Shown here piece by piece: positions 30,295-39,645 of a stretch of 64,000 nt of DNA (position 1 is the stretch's first letter; every line of letters starts with the position of its first letter). The stretch comes from Prevotellaceae bacterium (GTDB taxonomy: Bacteria; Bacteroidota; Bacteroidia; Bacteroidales; Bacteroidaceae): NCBI GenBank assembly GCA_019420585.1, contig JAHZGX010000034.1, positions 36,659-100,658 of the forward strand. The letters run 5' to 3'. The notes under the pieces are model-generated. The model ran no database searches and was not told the DNA's origin. It worked only from the letters and a program-made list of their open reading frames with translations. The translations under genes were made by a program, and so were the position numbers.

Positions 30295-32325
30295 ATGAAC
30301 AGCATTCAGACAATGAATCGCGCAGCCGACAACATCCGCATACTGGCAGCCGCCATGGTGGAAAAAGCCAAAAGTGGACATCCTGGCGGTGCCATGGGCG
30401 GCGCGGACTTCATTAACGTGCTCTACAGCGAGTACCTACAGTTTGACCCCAAGAATCCCACATGGATGGGCAGAGACCGATTCTTTCTCGATCCCGGACA
30501 CATGTCACCCATGCTCTACGCCCAACTGGCACTCGTAGGTAAGTACAGCCTGGAAGATCTCCAGCAACTGCGTCAATGGGGCTCCCCTACTCCCGGGCAT
30601 CCTGAAGTTTGTTACGAGCGGGGGATAGAGAATAGTTCCGGCCCACTGGGACAAGGGCATACTTATGCTGTAGGTGCAGCCATTGCAGCAAAGTTCCTGG
30701 CTGCACGTACAGGTAACCCCACCTTTGAGCAGGAGACCATCTATGCCTACATCAGCGATGGAGGTATCCAAGAAGAAATAAGCATGGGGGCGGCACGCAT
30801 CGCAGGCACGCTTGGCCTTGACAATCTGATTATGTTCTATGATGCCAACGACATACAACTCTCCACAGAGACACGCGTTGTGACAAACGAGGACACGGCC
30901 GCCAAATACCGTGCCTTGCAGTGGGAAGTCATAGAGATTGACGGCAACGATGTGGCACAGATACGCCAGGCCATCAAGACAGCCAAGGCTGTGAAGGACA
31001 AGCCTACGCTTATCATAGGAAAATGTATCATGGGCAAAGGCGCACTCAAGGCTGATGGCACCTGTTACGAAGGCTCATGCAAGACCCACGGAGCACCTTT
31101 GGGAGGTGAAGCCTACCGCAACACAATAATCAACCTGAACGGTGACCCCGATGCTCCGTTCCAGATATTCCCCGAGGTTCAAGCCATCTATGATGCCCGC
31201 CTCAAGGAACTGCAAGCCATGGCCGAGATACGCCACGACGAAGAAGCCAACTGGGCAGAGAAACATCCCGAAAAGGCTACAATGCTCAATGACTGGTTCT
31301 CCGGCCGTCTGCCCAAGATAGACTGGGAGAGCGTGCAGCCCAAAGCCAACGATGCCACACGCAATGCTTCCAGCGCATGCCTCAGCCTTCTGGCACAACA
31401 GGTACCCAACATGATCTGCGCTTCTGCCGACCTTTGCAATTCCGACAAGACCGATGGTTTCCTCAATCAGACCCACGAACTGCAGTTCGGCGACTTCACT
31501 GGAGCGTTCCTCCAGGCTGGTGTGGCAGAACTCACCATGGCCTGCTGTTGCATAGGCATGGCACTTCATGGGGGTGTAATAGCCGCCTGCGGCACCTTCT
31601 TTGTATTCAGTGATTACATGAAGCCGGCCATACGCATGGCTGCGCTGATGGAGTTACCTGTCAAGTTCATCTGGTCTCACGATGCTTTCCGAGTGGGAGA
31701 GGATGGCCCCACACACGAACCTGTGGAACAGGAAGCGCAGATTCGCCTGATGGAGAAACTGAAGAACCACAGCGGCCGGAACTCCATGCTAGTGATGCGC
31801 CCTGCAGATGGAAAGGCCACAGTGCAGTGCTGGAAACTGGCAATGGAGAATACCCATACGCCCAGCGCACTTATCCTCAGCCGCCAGACTATAGAAGACC
31901 TTCCCACAGAAAATCCCTATGCCAACATCGGCTGTGGCGCATATGTAGTGGCAGAGAGCGACCCCGAATATGACATCATCCTGCTGGGCAATGGCTCAGA
32001 AGTAAGTACCCTGGTATCAGGAGCGCGCATGCTTCGTCAAGACGGCATCAAGGTAAGGGTGGTAAGCGTGCCCTCAGAAGGTCTGTTCCGCGAGCAAAGC
32101 AGTGAATACCAGCAGAGCATCATCCCCATGGGAGCAAAGATATTCGGACTCACAGCCGGCCTTCCCGTCAACTTGAGTGGCTTCCTCATCGGCGCAGACC
32201 CTGCCAGCCGTATTTGGGGATTGGAGAGTTTCGGTTTCTCCGCACCCTATAAGGTACTGGACCAGAAACTTGGCTTCACCCCCGAGAACATATATAATCA
32301 AGTAAAGGAACTCTTGGCACAATGA
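30295..32325 (+). CDS. tkt: transketolase
   Basis: R.L...MVEKAKSGHPGG.MG, the GDG-type ThDP motif region (ISDGGIQEEIS), and C-terminal HEPVEQ. About 676 aa from the ATG at 30295, which lies downstream of the promoter box. Confidence 0.95.
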   Translation: MNSIQTMNRAADNIRILAAAMVEKAKSGHPGGAMGGADFINVLYSEYLQFDPKNPTWMGRDRFFLDPGHMSPMLYAQLALVGKYSLEDLQQLRQWGSPTPGHPEVCYERGIENSSGPLGQGHTYAVGAAIAAKFLAARTGNPTFEQETIYAYISDGGIQEEISMGAARIAGTLGLDNLIMFYDANDIQLSTETRVVTNEDTAAKYRALQWEVIEIDGNDVAQIRQAIKTAKAVKDKPTLIIGKCIMGKGALKADGTCYEGSCKTHGAPLGGEAYRNTIINLNGDPDAPFQIFPEVQAIYDARLKELQAMAEIRHDEEANWAEKHPEKATMLNDWFSGRLPKIDWESVQPKANDATRNASSACLSLLAQQVPNMICASADLCNSDKTDGFLNQTHELQFGDFTGAFLQAGVAELTMACCCIGMALHGGVIAACGTFFVFSDYMKPAIRMAALMELPVKFIWSHDAFRVGEDGPTHEPVEQEAQIRLMEKLKNHSGRNSMLVMRPADGKATVQCWKLAMENTHTPSALILSRQTIEDLPTENPYANIGCGAYVVAESDPEYDIILLGNGSEVSTLVSGARMLRQDGIKVRVVSVPSEGLFREQSSEYQQSIIPMGAKIFGLTAGLPVNLSGFLIGADPASRIWGLESFGFSAPYKVLDQKLGFTPENIYNQVKELLAQ

Positions 32326-32759
32326 AGAAGATAGGATTGGCCAGCGACCACGCCGGCTTTGCGCTCAAGGAGCACATCAAAGAGTACCTCAGGGAACGAC
32401 AGATAGAGTATATTGACTACGGTACACACAGTGAGGAGAGTAGCGACTATCCCGACTTCGGGCATGCACTTGGCCATGCCATTGACACCAATGAGGTAAG
32501 CACCGGCATTGCCGTGTGTGGCAGTGGCGAGGGAATCAGCATGACCCTCAACAAGCATCAACACGTTCGTGCAGCACTCTGCTGGCGGCCACAGATTGCC
32601 CATCTGGCACGGCAGCACAATGATGCCAATGTATTGGTAATGCCAGGACGTTTCCTCTCTGACGCAGAGGCCGACGGGATTATGAATGAGTTTCTCGACA
32701 CACCCTTTGAGGGCGGACGGCACATCCGCAGGATTGAGAAGATACCCTGCCAGGCGTGA
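32322..32759 (+). CDS. rpiB: ribose-5-phosphate isomerase B
   Basis: 145 aa; MKKIGLASDHAGF.LK..I...L, CGSGEGISMTLNK, and C-terminal F.GGRH.RR. ATGA overlap with tkt. Confidence 0.9.
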   Translation: MKKIGLASDHAGFALKEHIKEYLRERQIEYIDYGTHSEESSDYPDFGHALGHAIDTNEVSTGIAVCGSGEGISMTLNKHQHVRAALCWRPQIAHLARQHNDANVLVMPGRFLSDAEADGIMNEFLDTPFEGGRHIRRIEKIPCQA

Positions 32760-32783
32760 CCCGCCTGCATGAAAAGACATCCA

Positions 32784-32822
32784 ATCCCCTCCGGACAACA
32801 TGTCCCGGAGGGGATTTCTTTC
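32784..32822 (+). terminator. Rho-independent terminator after rpiB
   Basis: Perfect 11-bp stem atcccctccgg / ccggaggggat, 10-nt loop, then a TTCTTTCT tail. Confidence 0.8.
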
Positions 32823-32973
32823 TCCCTGCCACATCCGCGCAAGGCAAAAACCTACATGTGCCGGCACACCATTCCTCCCAAGCAACTTGCCGACATGAGT
32901 TTTCGTTATATCTATGGGAATGGACAAGGGGTGCTTTTTCAAGTGCATGCTTCTCCATTAGGAGGAAAGTGCG

Positions 32974-32981
32974 TAACTTTG
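32974..32981 (+). promoter_or_regulatory. -7 promoter box TAACTTTG
   Basis: Matches TAnnTTTG, 40 nt upstream of the fabD ATG. Confidence 0.5.
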
Positions 32982-33020
32982 CAGCCGTAAAATCGGACAA
33001 TTCAGATAAACATAAGATAA

Positions 33021-33917
33021 ATGAAAGCATTTGTATTCCCTGGTCAGGGTGCCCAATTCAGTGGAATGGGCAAAGACCTGTATGAGAGCAACGAGACGGC
33101 CAAGCGCCTGTTTGAACAAGCAAACGAGATACTGGGATTCCGCATCACGGACATCATGTTCGAGGGCACAGCAGACGAACTGAAACAGACACGCGTGACA
33201 CAGCCTGCCGTATTCCTGCACAGCGTCATCAGTGCCATCTGCATGGGCGATGAATTCCAGCCCGACATGGTGGGTGGCCACAGCCTGGGCGAGTTCAGTG
33301 CGCTTGTGGCTGCCGGGGCATTGAGTTTCGAGGACGGCCTGAGACTGGTGCATGCCCGTGCACTGGCCATGCAGAAGGCCTGCGAGGTGACTCCCGGAAC
33401 CATGGCTGCCATCATAGCCCTGCCCGACGAGACCATCGAAGCCACCTGCGCCGAGGTATCGGCCGAGGGACAAGGCGTGGTGGTACCCGCCAACTACAAC
33501 TGCCCGGGTCAACTGGTAATCAGCGGCAACGTGGAGGCCGTGAATGCTGCATGTGAGAAACTCAAGGCCGCAGGTGCCAAGCGTGCACTGGTACTGCCCG
33601 TGGGCGGTGCATTCCACAGCCCCCTCATGCAGCCTGCTGCCGAGGAACTGCAGAAAGCCATTGAGGAGGTAGAGTTCCACACTCCCCGATGCCCCATCTA
33701 TCAGAACGTGGACGCACAGGCACACACCGATGCCGCAGAGATAAAGAAGAACCTCATGGCGCAACTTACCGCCAGCGTGAAATGGACTCAGGAGGTGAGC
33801 AACATGATTGAGGCCGGTGCCACGGACTTCACCGAGTGCGGCCCCGGAAAGGCCTTGCAGGGCATGATAGCCAAGATAGCCAAGGGCAACGATGCCGTGA
33901 CCGTCAAAGGTATCTGA
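33021..33917 (+). CDS. fabD: malonyl-CoA:ACP transacylase
   Basis: FPGQGAQ..GMG, active-site GHSLGEFSAL, and later VGGAFHSPLM. Confidence 0.95.
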   Translation: MKAFVFPGQGAQFSGMGKDLYESNETAKRLFEQANEILGFRITDIMFEGTADELKQTRVTQPAVFLHSVISAICMGDEFQPDMVGGHSLGEFSALVAAGALSFEDGLRLVHARALAMQKACEVTPGTMAAIIALPDETIEATCAEVSAEGQGVVVPANYNCPGQLVISGNVEAVNAACEKLKAAGAKRALVLPVGGAFHSPLMQPAAEELQKAIEEVEFHTPRCPIYQNVDAQAHTDAAEIKKNLMAQLTASVKWTQEVSNMIEAGATDFTECGPGKALQGMIAKIAKGNDAVTVKGI

Positions 33918-33919
33918 GC

Positions 33920-35644
33920 ATGACCATATATCAGGTACTGACCCGACTCTTCACCAACGACCGCACGGCCTGCATCCCCAATGGGACAAAGGATGAGAAC
34001 GGATGCGGGACGATGGACAGCATCAGCGCCAAGGCACTGGACAGCATACGATGTCTGGGAGCCACGCACGTATGGTTTACCGGTCTGATAGAGCATGCCA
34101 CGCAGACGGACTATTCCGCCTGGGGCATTGCGGCCGACTGCCCGGATGTGGTGAAGGGAAAAGCCGGAAGCCCCTATGCCATCAAGGACTACTATGACGT
34201 GGATCCAGACCTGGCCACCCGAGTGCCACGCCGCATGAAGGAGTTTGAGAGCCTCGTCAGGCGCACTCATGAGGCCGGACTGGGCTTCATCATGGACTTC
34301 GTGCCCAACCACGTGGCGCGTCAGTACCACTCCGACGCCTGTCCCAAGGGAACCAAAGACCTGGGATCCGGCGATGACAAGACGCAAGCCTTCTCCACCC
34401 GAAACAATTTCTATTACCTCCCCGGCGAACCGCTGCGGCTGGACAAGATTGCTCCTCAAGGCTCCGCATACCGCGAGACGCCGGCACTGGCTACAGGCAA
34501 CGACTGCTTCACGGCCTGCCCCGGCACCCATGACTGGTACGAGACCGTGAAGCTGAATTACGGTGTGGACTATCTGGCAGGAGGCTACAGATGCTTCAAT
34601 CCCCGCCCCGACACTTGGGACAAGATGCTCGACATACTACGCTTCTGGGCAGCCAAGGGTGTGGATGGCTTCCGCTGCGACATGGCAGAGATGGTGCCTG
34701 TGGAGTTCTGGCAGTGGGCCATCGGCACGCTGAAGTCAGAGTTTCCCAACGTCATTTTCATCGCCGAGGTGTACAATCCGGCTCTCTATCGCGACTATGT
34801 GCACCGCGGAGGCTTCGACTACCTCTATGACAAGGTGGGACTCTACGATACCCTACGCGCGGTGACCCGCCACGAGGCATCGGCACAGTGCCTGACATCA
34901 TGCTGGCAGCAGGTGGATGACATAAGGCCACACATGCTGCGCTTCCTGGAGAACCATGACGAGCAACGCCTGGCAAGCGACTTCTTTGCCGGCGACGCAC
35001 GCCGCGGACGCGCGCCACTGCTGGTCAGCGCCCTGATGGATGCCAGCCCCATGATGGTGTATTTCGGGCAGGAACTGGGCGAGAAGGGCATGGATGCCGA
35101 GGGCTTCAGCGGACGGGACGGGCGCACCACCATCTTCGACTACTGGGCAGTGGACACCGTGAGGCGCTGGAGAAACGAAGGCAAATATGACACCAAACTG
35201 CTGACAGGCGATGAGCAGAGACTCAGATCCTTCTACGCACGGGTCCTGTCTCTGCGCGAGAGCATGCCCGTGCTGCGCTCCGGCAGTTTCTATGACCTCA
35301 TGTATGCCAATCCCCACCTGCACAGGCAGTACGTGTTCGTACGCTCGCTTGGCCAAGAGGATGAACTCATGCTCAGGAGCCCGGGCAAGGAGAAGTACGT
35401 GTTTGTGCGCTCGCTTGACCAAGAAGTGGTTGTGGTGGCCGCCAACTTCGATGACAAGGAAGCAGACATCAGCGTCAACCTGCCGCCCGAACTTTTCACG
35501 TTCCTTCGCCAGAAGGGCCAGACCTGCGTGCCTGCCCACGACCTGCTCAGCGAAGAAGACACCCAAGTGGACTTCTCCCCCAGCACTCCCCTGCGCATAC
35601 GCATACGCCCATGGAACGGTGTCGCGCTCAGAATCAGACTCTGA
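33920..35644 (+). CDS. alpha-amylase-family glycoside hydrolase (GH13)
   Basis: GLGFIMDFVPNH (region I), GVDGFRCDMAEMV (region II, catalytic Asp), FIAEVY (region III, Glu) and FLENHDEQR (region IV). The ATG at 33920 follows the fabD stop; the ORF-track start at 33836 overlaps fabD. Confidence 0.85.
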   Translation: MTIYQVLTRLFTNDRTACIPNGTKDENGCGTMDSISAKALDSIRCLGATHVWFTGLIEHATQTDYSAWGIAADCPDVVKGKAGSPYAIKDYYDVDPDLATRVPRRMKEFESLVRRTHEAGLGFIMDFVPNHVARQYHSDACPKGTKDLGSGDDKTQAFSTRNNFYYLPGEPLRLDKIAPQGSAYRETPALATGNDCFTACPGTHDWYETVKLNYGVDYLAGGYRCFNPRPDTWDKMLDILRFWAAKGVDGFRCDMAEMVPVEFWQWAIGTLKSEFPNVIFIAEVYNPALYRDYVHRGGFDYLYDKVGLYDTLRAVTRHEASAQCLTSCWQQVDDIRPHMLRFLENHDEQRLASDFFAGDARRGRAPLLVSALMDASPMMVYFGQELGEKGMDAEGFSGRDGRTTIFDYWAVDTVRRWRNEGKYDTKLLTGDEQRLRSFYARVLSLRESMPVLRSGSFYDLMYANPHLHRQYVFVRSLGQEDELMLRSPGKEKYVFVRSLDQEVVVVAANFDDKEADISVNLPPELFTFLRQKGQTCVPAHDLLSEEDTQVDFSPSTPLRIRIRPWNGVALRIRL

Positions 35645-35683
35645 CCTCTCCCACCCAAACATATTTTCGGAACAGACACGGCG

Positions 35684-35722
35684 CAGCCCCAGACCTGGTA
35701 CACGATACCCAGTCTGGGGCTG
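35684..35722 (+). terminator. GC-rich hairpin after the GH13 gene (no U-tract)
   Basis: Perfect 11-bp stem cagccccagac / gtctggggctg with a 17-nt loop, 40 nt after the stop codon. No T run follows, so terminator function is uncertain. Confidence 0.4.
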
Positions 35723-35859
35723 TGCCATACAGATGTCCAACCGCTTCCTGCCGCACATCCCTCCCTACAGCGAACTCGCGCAACCCGCACAGGAAGGCGG
35801 AGACACGGGACAACAAGCCCGCCTCCCGAGAGCCACCCACACCACAACTGAAGCAGCCA

Positions 35860-35920
35860 AATGCTACATACGTTAGTAGCCCAATGCTACATACGTTGGT
35901 AGCAACACGCTACATGCGGC
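35860..35920. repeat. tandem direct repeat, 23-bp period, about 2.6 copies
   Basis: AATGCTACATACGTTAGTAGCCC / AATGCTACATACGTTGGTAGCAA / CACGCTACATGCGG. Unit starts are at 35860, 35883 and 35906. Confidence 0.9.
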
Positions 35921-36176
35921 CGACTGGGATTACGCAATCCACATGCACAAGGACCTGGCGCGTGTCATCCTAATGTCCGGGGCAAAGCATACCATTATGA
36001 TTCCTTCATGTATCTGATGCACCGCCCCTGTCCGCGAAGCACCACTGCCATGCAAGAACGGGAAGGGGGCGGAAGGAGACAGAGCGTGAATCGGAGACCA
36101 AGGCATTGCGCCTGCTCCATGATGCCACCGCCCAAGAAAAAGAGGAGAAGAGGGGAAGCATATAATCTTTTTTTCA

Positions 36177-36184
36177 TAATTTTG
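36177..36184 (+). promoter_or_regulatory. -7 promoter box TAATTTTG
   Basis: Matches TAnnTTTG, preceded by a T7 run, 37 nt upstream of the manC ATG at 36221. Confidence 0.5.
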
Positions 36185-36220
36185 CAAAAAATAGCGTTTT
36201 ATTGTCCAAAAGTAACCATT

Positions 36221-37282
36221 ATGGATAAAAAAAATCATCTGGTCATCATGGCCGGAGGAGTAGGCAGCCGCTTTTGGCCCCTGAGCACGAACGATGCCCC
36301 CAAGCAATTTGTGGACGTGCTGGGGTGCGGCCGCACGCTGCTGCAACTGACATTTGACCGCTTTGAGGGAGTGGTTGCCCCGGAAAACGTGTGGGTGGCC
36401 ACCAGCAAGGAATACGCACAGCTGGTACGCAACCAGTTGCCCGAGATACCCAAGGAAAACGTCCTGTGCGAGCCATGCCGCAGGAACACGGCTCCCTGCA
36501 TTGCCTATGTGTGCTGGCACATCAAGGCCAAGAACCCCAAGGCCAATATCGTGGTATCACCCAGCGACCACATGGTGACAGACCCCGTGGAGTTCCGCAG
36601 GGTCATCGGCACAAGCCTGCACTTCGTGGCCGAGACAGATGCCATCGTGACACTCGGCATGAAGCCCACTCGGCCGGAGACCGGCTACGGATACATACAA
36701 GCCGACCTCTCGGTGCCCTCCGCACGCAACCGGGAGATGTACAGGGTGGACTCCTTCAGGGAGAAACCCGATACGGAGACGGCACAGAAGTACATCAGCC
36801 AGGGCAACTTCTACTGGAACTCCGGCATATTCATCTGGAATGTAAGCACCATCGTAAACGCATTCCGCGTATATCAGCCCGCCATCTCACAAATCTTTGA
36901 AGAACTCCTGCCCGTCTACGGCACCGCCGATGAGCAGGCTGCCATCGACAAGGCATTTCCCCGCTGTGAGAACATCTCGGTGGACTACGCCATACTGGAA
37001 AAGGCCGAGGAGATATTCGTGTGCCCGGCGCAATTCGGATGGAGCGACCTGGGCACCTGGGGCTCGCTGTTGCTGAACAGCCCCCAAGATGCACACGGCA
37101 ACGCAAGCATGGGAAAGGAGGTACACCTGCACGAGACCTCAGGCTGCATCATCCATGTGCCCGAAGGCAACAAGGTGGTGATACAAGGACTGGAGAACTA
37201 CATCGTGGCGCAGAAAGACGGCAACCTGCTCATATGCAGGCTCAGCGATGAGCAGCGCATAAGGGAGTTCAGCAACGAGTAA
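36221..37282 (+). CDS. manC: mannose-1-phosphate guanylyltransferase (short form, no PMI domain)
   Basis: [17 protein letters not shown] nucleotidyltransferase motif, EP..RNTAP.I, and GYGYI. The start at 36221 is downstream of the promoter box; the ORF-track start at 36008 is upstream of it. Confidence 0.85.
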   Translation: MDKKNHLVIMAGGVGSRFWPLSTNDAPKQFVDVLGCGRTLLQLTFDRFEGVVAPENVWVATSKEYAQLVRNQLPEIPKENVLCEPCRRNTAPCIAYVCWHIKAKNPKANIVVSPSDHMVTDPVEFRRVIGTSLHFVAETDAIVTLGMKPTRPETGYGYIQADLSVPSARNREMYRVDSFREKPDTETAQKYISQGNFYWNSGIFIWNVSTIVNAFRVYQPAISQIFEELLPVYGTADEQAAIDKAFPRCENISVDYAILEKAEEIFVCPAQFGWSDLGTWGSLLLNSPQDAHGNASMGKEVHLHETSGCIIHVPEGNKVVIQGLENYIVAQKDGNLLICRLSDEQRIREFSNE

Positions 37283-37331
37283 GCACAAGACACGAACATC
37301 AGACATACAACACACCATATATATATATATT

Positions 37332-38432
37332 ATGGAAAAGAAAAACATCGCACTCATCACAGGAGTGACCGGTCAGGACGGATCTTACCTGAGCGAATTT
37401 CTGCTGGAAAAGGGTTACGAGGTGCACGGAATCATCCGCCGCTCCTCTGTAGACTTCCGTCAGCGCATTGCGCACCTGGAAGGAAAGCCGCACTTCCACC
37501 TCCACTATGCCGACATGAGCGATTCCATGTCGCTGGTGAAACTGGTGGGGAAGGTGATGCCGACCGAGATATACAACCTGGCAGCACAAAGCCACGTGCA
37601 GGTAAGTTTCGATGCGCCCGAATTCACGGCCGATGTGGATGCCGTGGGAGTGCTGCGCATACTGGAAGCCGTACGCACGAACCACCTGGAGGAGACATGC
37701 CGCATCTATCAGGCATCCACAAGCGAACTGTACGGCAAGGTGGAGGAGGTGCCGCAGAATGAGGAAACGCCTTTCCACCCTTACAGCCCCTATGCCGTGG
37801 CCAAGCTCTACGGCTACTGGATCGTGAAGGAATACCGTGACGCCTACGGCATGTTCTGCTGCTCGGGCATCCTGTTCAACCACGAGAGCGAACGCAGGGG
37901 CGAGACCTTCGTCACACGCAAGATCACCTTGGCCGCGGCACGCATTGCACAGGGCAAGCAGGAAAAACTCTACCTGGGAAACCTCTCCTCACTGCGTGAC
38001 TGGGGCTATGCCAAGGACTACGTGGAGTGCATGTGGCTCATCCTGCAGCAGGAGAAGCCCGAGGACTTCGTGATTGCCACCGGCGTGCAGCACAGCGTGA
38101 GGGAATTCTGTTACTACGCCTTCAAGCATGCCGGCATCGAACTGGAGTTCCAGGGAGAGGGCTTGGACGAGAAGGGAATAGACAAGGCCACGGGACGAGT
38201 GCTGGTGGAGGTGAGCGAGGACTTCTATCGTCCCACCGACGTAGTCAACCTGTGGGGTGACCCCACCAAGGCCCGCACCAAACTGGGATGGGATCCGCTC
38301 AAGAAGACATCCTTTGAACAACTGGTGGCCATCATGGTCAAGCATGACATGGAACAGGTGGCGGCAGAGCACGTGGCACAGGTGATGCGCGTGAACCTCG
38401 CCGAATACCTGGAAAAGGGACTCGTGAAATAA
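37332..38432 (+). CDS. gmd: GDP-mannose 4,6-dehydratase
   Basis: [50 protein letters not shown], and [19 protein letters not shown]. Confidence 0.95.
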   Translation: MEKKNIALITGVTGQDGSYLSEFLLEKGYEVHGIIRRSSVDFRQRIAHLEGKPHFHLHYADMSDSMSLVKLVGKVMPTEIYNLAAQSHVQVSFDAPEFTADVDAVGVLRILEAVRTNHLEETCRIYQASTSELYGKVEEVPQNEETPFHPYSPYAVAKLYGYWIVKEYRDAYGMFCCSGILFNHESERRGETFVTRKITLAAARIAQGKQEKLYLGNLSSLRDWGYAKDYVECMWLILQQEKPEDFVIATGVQHSVREFCYYAFKHAGIELEFQGEGLDEKGIDKATGRVLVEVSEDFYRPTDVVNLWGDPTKARTKLGWDPLKKTSFEQLVAIMVKHDMEQVAAEHVAQVMRVNLAEYLEKGLVK

Positions 38433-38447
38433 AACGGAGGAGAGGCA

Positions 38448-39599
38448 ATGCTTGACAAAAGCACGAGAATCTTTGTGGCAGGACATCACGGACTGGTGGG
38501 GTCTGCCATATGGAACAACCTGAAGCAGAGAGGATATGAACATCTGATAGGACGGAGCCACAAGGAACTGGACTTGCTGGATCCCGTGGCCGTCAAGGAC
38601 TTCTTCGACCGGGAACAGCCACAGGCCGTGGTGCTGGCAGCCGCACACGTGGGAGGCATCATGGCCAATCTGCAGTACCGCGCAGACTTCATCTATCAGA
38701 ACCTGCAGATACAGCAGAACGTGATAGGAGAGAGTTGGAAGCACGGGGTGGAGAAGCTGCTCTTCCTGGGCAGCACTTGCATCTATCCCGGAGAGGCTCC
38801 CCAGCCCATGCCCGAAGACTGCCTGCTGACCAGCGAACTGGAGTATACCAACGAGCCTTATGCCATTGCCAAGATTGCAGGACTCAAGATGTGCGAGTCA
38901 TTCAACCTGCAGTACGGCACCAACTACATAGCCGTGATGCCCACCAATCTCTATGGGCCGAACGACAACTTCCATCTGGAGAACAGCCACGTGTTGCCTG
39001 CCATGATACGCAAGGTGTACCTGGCCAAGTGCCTGAGCGAGGATGACTGGGATACCGTACGTAAGGACATTGGCCTGAGACCCGTGACCATGAAACAGAC
39101 TCAACTGCGTGTGTGCGCCACTTCCAGTGAACAAGACATACTCACCGTGCTCGCTTCCTACGGCATTGAGAAAGGGCGGGTGACCCTGTGGGGCACGGGA
39201 GCACCCATGCGCGAGTTCCTCTGGAGTGAGGAGATGGCGGATGCCAGTGTGCACTGCCTGCTCAACGTAGATTTCAAGGATGTGCTTGAGACCACACAGA
39301 TGAAGGTCAACCACGACGGCATACGCGAGATACGCAACTGCCACATCAACGTAGGTACGGGCAAGCAACTCAGCATACGTGAGTGCGCGGAGAAGATTGT
39401 GAAGGAGATAGGATTCCGCGGAGACTTGTGCTGGGACAGCACCAAACCCGACGGCACAATGCTCAAGTTGACAGACGTGAGCAAACTGCACAGGTTGGGC
39501 TGGCACCACAGCATTGAGATTGATGAAGGCATACACCGCCTGTATGACTGGTACCGGAAGGGCATCTGCATCAATCACAAGGAAGAGACAGAGGCTTAG
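38448..39599 (+). CDS. fcl: GDP-L-fucose synthase (GDP-4-keto-6-deoxymannose 3,5-epimerase/4-reductase)
   Basis: IFVAGHHGLVGSAI, AAAHVGGI.AN, FLGSTCIYP, YAIAKIAG and MPTNLYGP.DNF. At 383 aa it carries an internal insertion (about residues 195-245) relative to about 320-aa enterobacterial Fcl. Confidence 0.9.
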   Translation: MLDKSTRIFVAGHHGLVGSAIWNNLKQRGYEHLIGRSHKELDLLDPVAVKDFFDREQPQAVVLAAAHVGGIMANLQYRADFIYQNLQIQQNVIGESWKHGVEKLLFLGSTCIYPGEAPQPMPEDCLLTSELEYTNEPYAIAKIAGLKMCESFNLQYGTNYIAVMPTNLYGPNDNFHLENSHVLPAMIRKVYLAKCLSEDDWDTVRKDIGLRPVTMKQTQLRVCATSSEQDILTVLASYGIEKGRVTLWGTGAPMREFLWSEEMADASVHCLLNVDFKDVLETTQMKVNHDGIREIRNCHINVGTGKQLSIRECAEKIVKEIGFRGDLCWDSTKPDGTMLKLTDVSKLHRLGWHHSIEIDEGIHRLYDWYRKGICINHKEETEA

Positions 39600-39645
39600 C
39601 CCTGCACTGCCTGCCGCGCAACACGCAAACAAACAGACACACGTC

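Noticed and set aside
32756-33085. ORFs of 109 aa and 73 aa in the rpiB-fabD spacer.
   Set aside because: The spacer is fully explained by a strong terminator (32784-32822) and the fabD promoter box (32974-32981). The translations have no features and run into fabD out of frame.
35211-36520. ORFs in and around the GH13-manC gap (35211-35876 +, 35290-35847 -, 35611-35973 +, 35930-36520 -, 36008 start of the manC ORF).
   Set aside because: They are mutually overlapping and R/P/S/T/A-rich low-complexity translations that run out of the amylase 3' end or into the manC 5' end. The manC N-terminal extension from 36008 lies upstream of the TAATTTTG promoter box, and the canonical [22 protein letters not shown] start is at 36221.
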